From positions 595,940-659,939 of the forward strand of contig NW_015168044.1 in NCBI RefSeq assembly GCF_001447785.1: 64,000 nt of DNA. Direction: 5' to 3'. A program made the position numbers and the translations under genes. Of the stretch, positions 60,801 through 64,000 are shown piece by piece; the stretch's first letter is position 1, and each line of letters opens with the position of its first letter. The notes under the pieces were generated by a model that worked only from the letters and a program-made list of their open reading frames with translations, was not told where the DNA came from and did no database searches. The DNA is from Gekko japonicus. Taxonomy: Eukaryota.

Positions 60801-62537
60801 TCTTTTAATCAAGCACACTTTCTCCACCCCCCACCCCTTTAAGGTTATGGGAAAAATCAATTTGAAGGCAAGCTTGAATTAAATAGATAGATAGAATTTT
60901 CCCCTAGGAATGACTGAGATGTTTGCAGGCTCCCAGGACTGTTTTTTCTTTAATTGTACCACATGTCTGTGTCTTGCCAGGCCTTGGTTGGTAACAGCTT
61001 GTCATGTTGCTTTGGCTTTGATTTTCTCCTCTGAAATTGGTTTTGTTGCTGGAGTGGGTTTGTGTCAGGCTTGTGGCTTGCATTGGGTTATCTGGTTTGA
61101 CAGTGGCTTGGATCCTTGGGTATATATTGGTCTAGATTCTCAGACATTTGTTGGGCTTGCAACAGCTCTTGTTAAATCTGTTTGCCTTGGAGGATTCTTG
61201 TGTTTCACATTGGTGCAGATTCTCGGGTTGTACATTTGTTGTGTTAGGACTGCCACGTTGTCCCATGCTTCTGCTGAGATTTCCCAGTTCTGCATTGATT
61301 CCTTGAGCTTGTTGGTTCTTTCTGCTTTGGGCAGTTTTTAACCAGTGGTTGCTTTGCTAGTTTTTGTGTCTTCAGCTCTTCTTTGCCCTGCAGAAAACAT
61401 GGAATTCCTCTCACCCCTTGAAAACAGTGGAGGATAGATGAGGGCACCTTGTTTATGGACCTCTTGGTTCAATTCTCTTGAAACTTGGGCAATTATTTAG
61501 TGGCAGGCATAGAAAACCCCAAGATCCAAATACCAAAGCGGTATTTGGAAGCTGGATAATTGGGAATACTGATATTTTCCCGCTCACTGATATCCAAGTC
61601 CCAAAAAGTCTGGGGTTTTTTCCTGAGGTGCACATCCCTCCTAACAACTGTTTCTAAAAAAACAAGCCTGCAGCTAGAGAGAGCCCCATAATTTATTTGA
61701 CCCTCTAGCACCTCTTCTCCCCCACCTCCTTAGAGAAAGTGAATTTTGAATGGCTCTTTCAAGGACAGCTAGGAGGGTCAGCTTTACCCCCCCCCCCCCA
61801 AGTACACAGAAAATGCAAAGGCACAGGTTGGCACCTGTCCCAGACAGGAGTCAAAAGTAGGATAGTGCCAAATACAAATGAATGATTACCATGTAGTGAG
61901 GATTATTGCCTCACAAGGTGGAAGGCTGATCCTATTAACCAATGGGAGAACTGGCTGCACTCTGGAGAAGGAATGGCTTGGGGTGATGTGGAGCAGTTTT
62001 CAAGCAATACGAGATGGAAGAAATGGGGGGGGCAGCAGGTAAAACCACTTTTTTGGTCTCCATCGATGGAGGAGGGAGGGGAGTGCCTTTGCGCGTGGTG
62101 GGAGAGAGGCTCAGGAGTGATGTTCAGCTCAGGCTTCAGAACTGTGGGACTTGCTTCCTGGCACCTTGCAATCTCTGGCCACTCACAGGAGGCTGCAATC
62201 CAACAGGGCGGCTGCCTCTACGGGGGGGTAAATTAAATAAACTCAAGGAATCGCCCTCAGAGCAAAAGCTCATCTAGCCTCAGCCTCGCCAGGTTCCGTA
62301 GGCATCTCCCGCCCTTGTGTCAGAGATGGTCTGGCTGAATGCTCTGGCCACACATTCCCCATGCCTTCAGGCACAGATGCCTGACAAACACTACAGGAAA
62401 AGGGGCAGTGGATTCTCGGAGTCCCGTTTCTCACTACTTACACACAGCCCCTGGTCTTTGAACACTGTTGTTCTCTGCCATGGATTCTGCCTGTCTTCCT
62501 CCAAGAACATAACGCGAGGCATTATGTGGCCCTACAG

Positions 62538-62645
62538 CTGCTTCATATTGATGTTGATGGCTGCATGAAAATCATCCAGAAGAGGAAATCCCGGCAGCTG
62601 GAGCTCCTGGAGGCTGTTGCTGGGGATGCGAGAGGCGCCGATCAG
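62538..62645 (+). CDS. SNAPC4: SNAPC4 exon
   Basis: LLHIDVDGCMKIIQKRK..; tacag/gtactg. Confidence 0.9.
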
Positions 62646-62937
62646 GTACTGGCCCCCATTGGTGCATGCGTCCATTGTCTGCACACCTCCCTTGAGCCCA
62701 GAGGGCCTCACAGCAACCCTGCTGTGGTGGGGGTGGGAGGGGGTCCCTCCGAATGCTGTTCTTGGTCTGGAAAGAGGCTGGAGAATTGAAGCTGCCATCA
62801 GTGAGCCTGAGGCAGGAAAGCAGTGCTCTCACCCCCCACACATGCGCAGGCATGCCACCGCCCCCACTCCCTCACAAAGGTGAACAAATGGGCACCGTTC
62901 ACCAGGACATTCTCCCCCTGCGAGGGCGCAGCCTTCC

Positions 62938-63572
62938 TAGAGATGTGAAGGCCCGGAAAAAAATCGGAAAAATTCGGGGGAAAACCAGTTTTTTTTCCGT
63001 TTTTTTCCTGAAGCCTTTTTTGTTATTTTCCGAAAAATTGGAAAAATTGAAAAAATAAAATAAAATAAATTGACTATGGAACGTTTTATTTTAACATGAT
63101 GAATAAAATATTTTAAGACCAGGTGTTCAAATATTTTCCAAATCATTTCTAAAATATATATATATATGACATCAGATTGATCTAATTTCTGTGCACTGAG
63201 GACAAGCAAGTCCTAGGTTACAAACTGAACTCTCCAATGCAAGAACAAGATGCATTTCTTTCTTTAGGAGGTGCTATTGTCAGAAGAAAATAAAAAGGTT
63301 TCAGGTTTGTTTTTGCATGTGGGTGGGTATTCTGTTTGTAATAATTGTTTGGATACACTATATTTTTAATATGCTAGTTGTGATAATTTCATGCCAAGTA
63401 AAAATGTCATATTTTATGTTCCTAAAGTAACAGAATGACTTTCAATCTAGAAAATACAAAAGAAATGCTAATGTAGCATTTTTTTTCAATTTTTCCGAAA
63501 ATTTCTGTTTTTTCCCGAAAAAACCCAGGGTTTTTTCCGAGTTTCAAAATTTCCGGAAATTTTACATCTCTA
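62938..63572. mobile_element. hAT MITE
   Basis: TIRs TAGAGATGT / ACATCTCTA; perfect TSD AGCCTTCC; CGGAAAA subterminal repeats. Confidence 0.9.
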
Positions 63573-63652
63573 AGCCTTCCTCTGTTTCACTGCACTTTGG
63601 GGAGCTCGTGTCTGTGGGCCACTGATGTTTTCCCTTTTCTTGTTTCTCGCAG

Positions 63653-63677
63653 GCTTCTCCCTCTCAGGATCCTGCAG
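63653..63677 (+). CDS. SNAPC4: SNAPC4 25-nt micro-exon
   Basis: ASPSQDPA; long pyrimidine tract + cgcag, CAG|gtattt donor. Confidence 0.7.
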
Positions 63678-64000
63678 GTATTTGCCCCCGTTCGGCTTGT
63701 GCTTGAAGCCCGTCTCCCAGGCCACTGTCGCTAGCCAAGCGGTGCATGCCTCGAGTGGGAGAGGAATAGGCCACTCCAGAGTTTGCCAGCCCTTGTGTGG
63801 GAGTAGTCTGGTGCCTGCCCCAGGTCGCTTGTGCTGTGCATTAGGGAGTGCTGTCAGTGCATGGCCTTTGCTCGGGGCTGATGCTGAGCGGACCCCGCTG
63901 CAAGCTCTCCCCCCCCCAAAGTCCCAGGCTGCGGCTGCCCACCCCCCCGCCACTTTGGGGGATCTCCCTCTCTCTCTCCTCACCTTCAGGGGTGTCCCCT

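Overview
Vertebrate (squamate, probably gecko-like; it carries Sauria-type SINEs, BovB, CR1, DIRS and Penelope elements) genomic DNA covering the conserved PMPCA - ENTR1(SDCCAG3) - SNAPC4 syntenic block. I could reconstruct, with consistent splice phases, PMPCA exons 2-6 (minus), seven ENTR1 coding exons through the stop codon (plus) and 19 SNAPC4 coding exons (plus; the gene runs off the window). No first coding exon is identifiable for any of the three genes; SNAPC4's probably lies in an N-gap. Introns are packed with transposons: DIRS, RTE-X-like/L2/CR1/L1/BovB LINEs, SINEs, hAT MITEs with 8-bp TSDs, two Helitrons, a solo LTR and Penelope-like elements. Most notable: (1) two related fold-back Penelope-type insertions, one at each CpG-island promoter region, each carrying a hammerhead-ribozyme-like motif with a non-canonical U3/A8 core and a CTCGAG palindrome in loop III; (2) an antisense L1 inserted between the polypyrimidine tract and the AG of an ENTR1 coding exon; (3) a Helitron enclosing a doubly truncated CR1; (4) a GC-AG intron in ENTR1; (5) a young CR1 sitting where the PMPCA/ENTR1 first exons should be. 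All family assignments come from motif recognition by eye; no database was searched.
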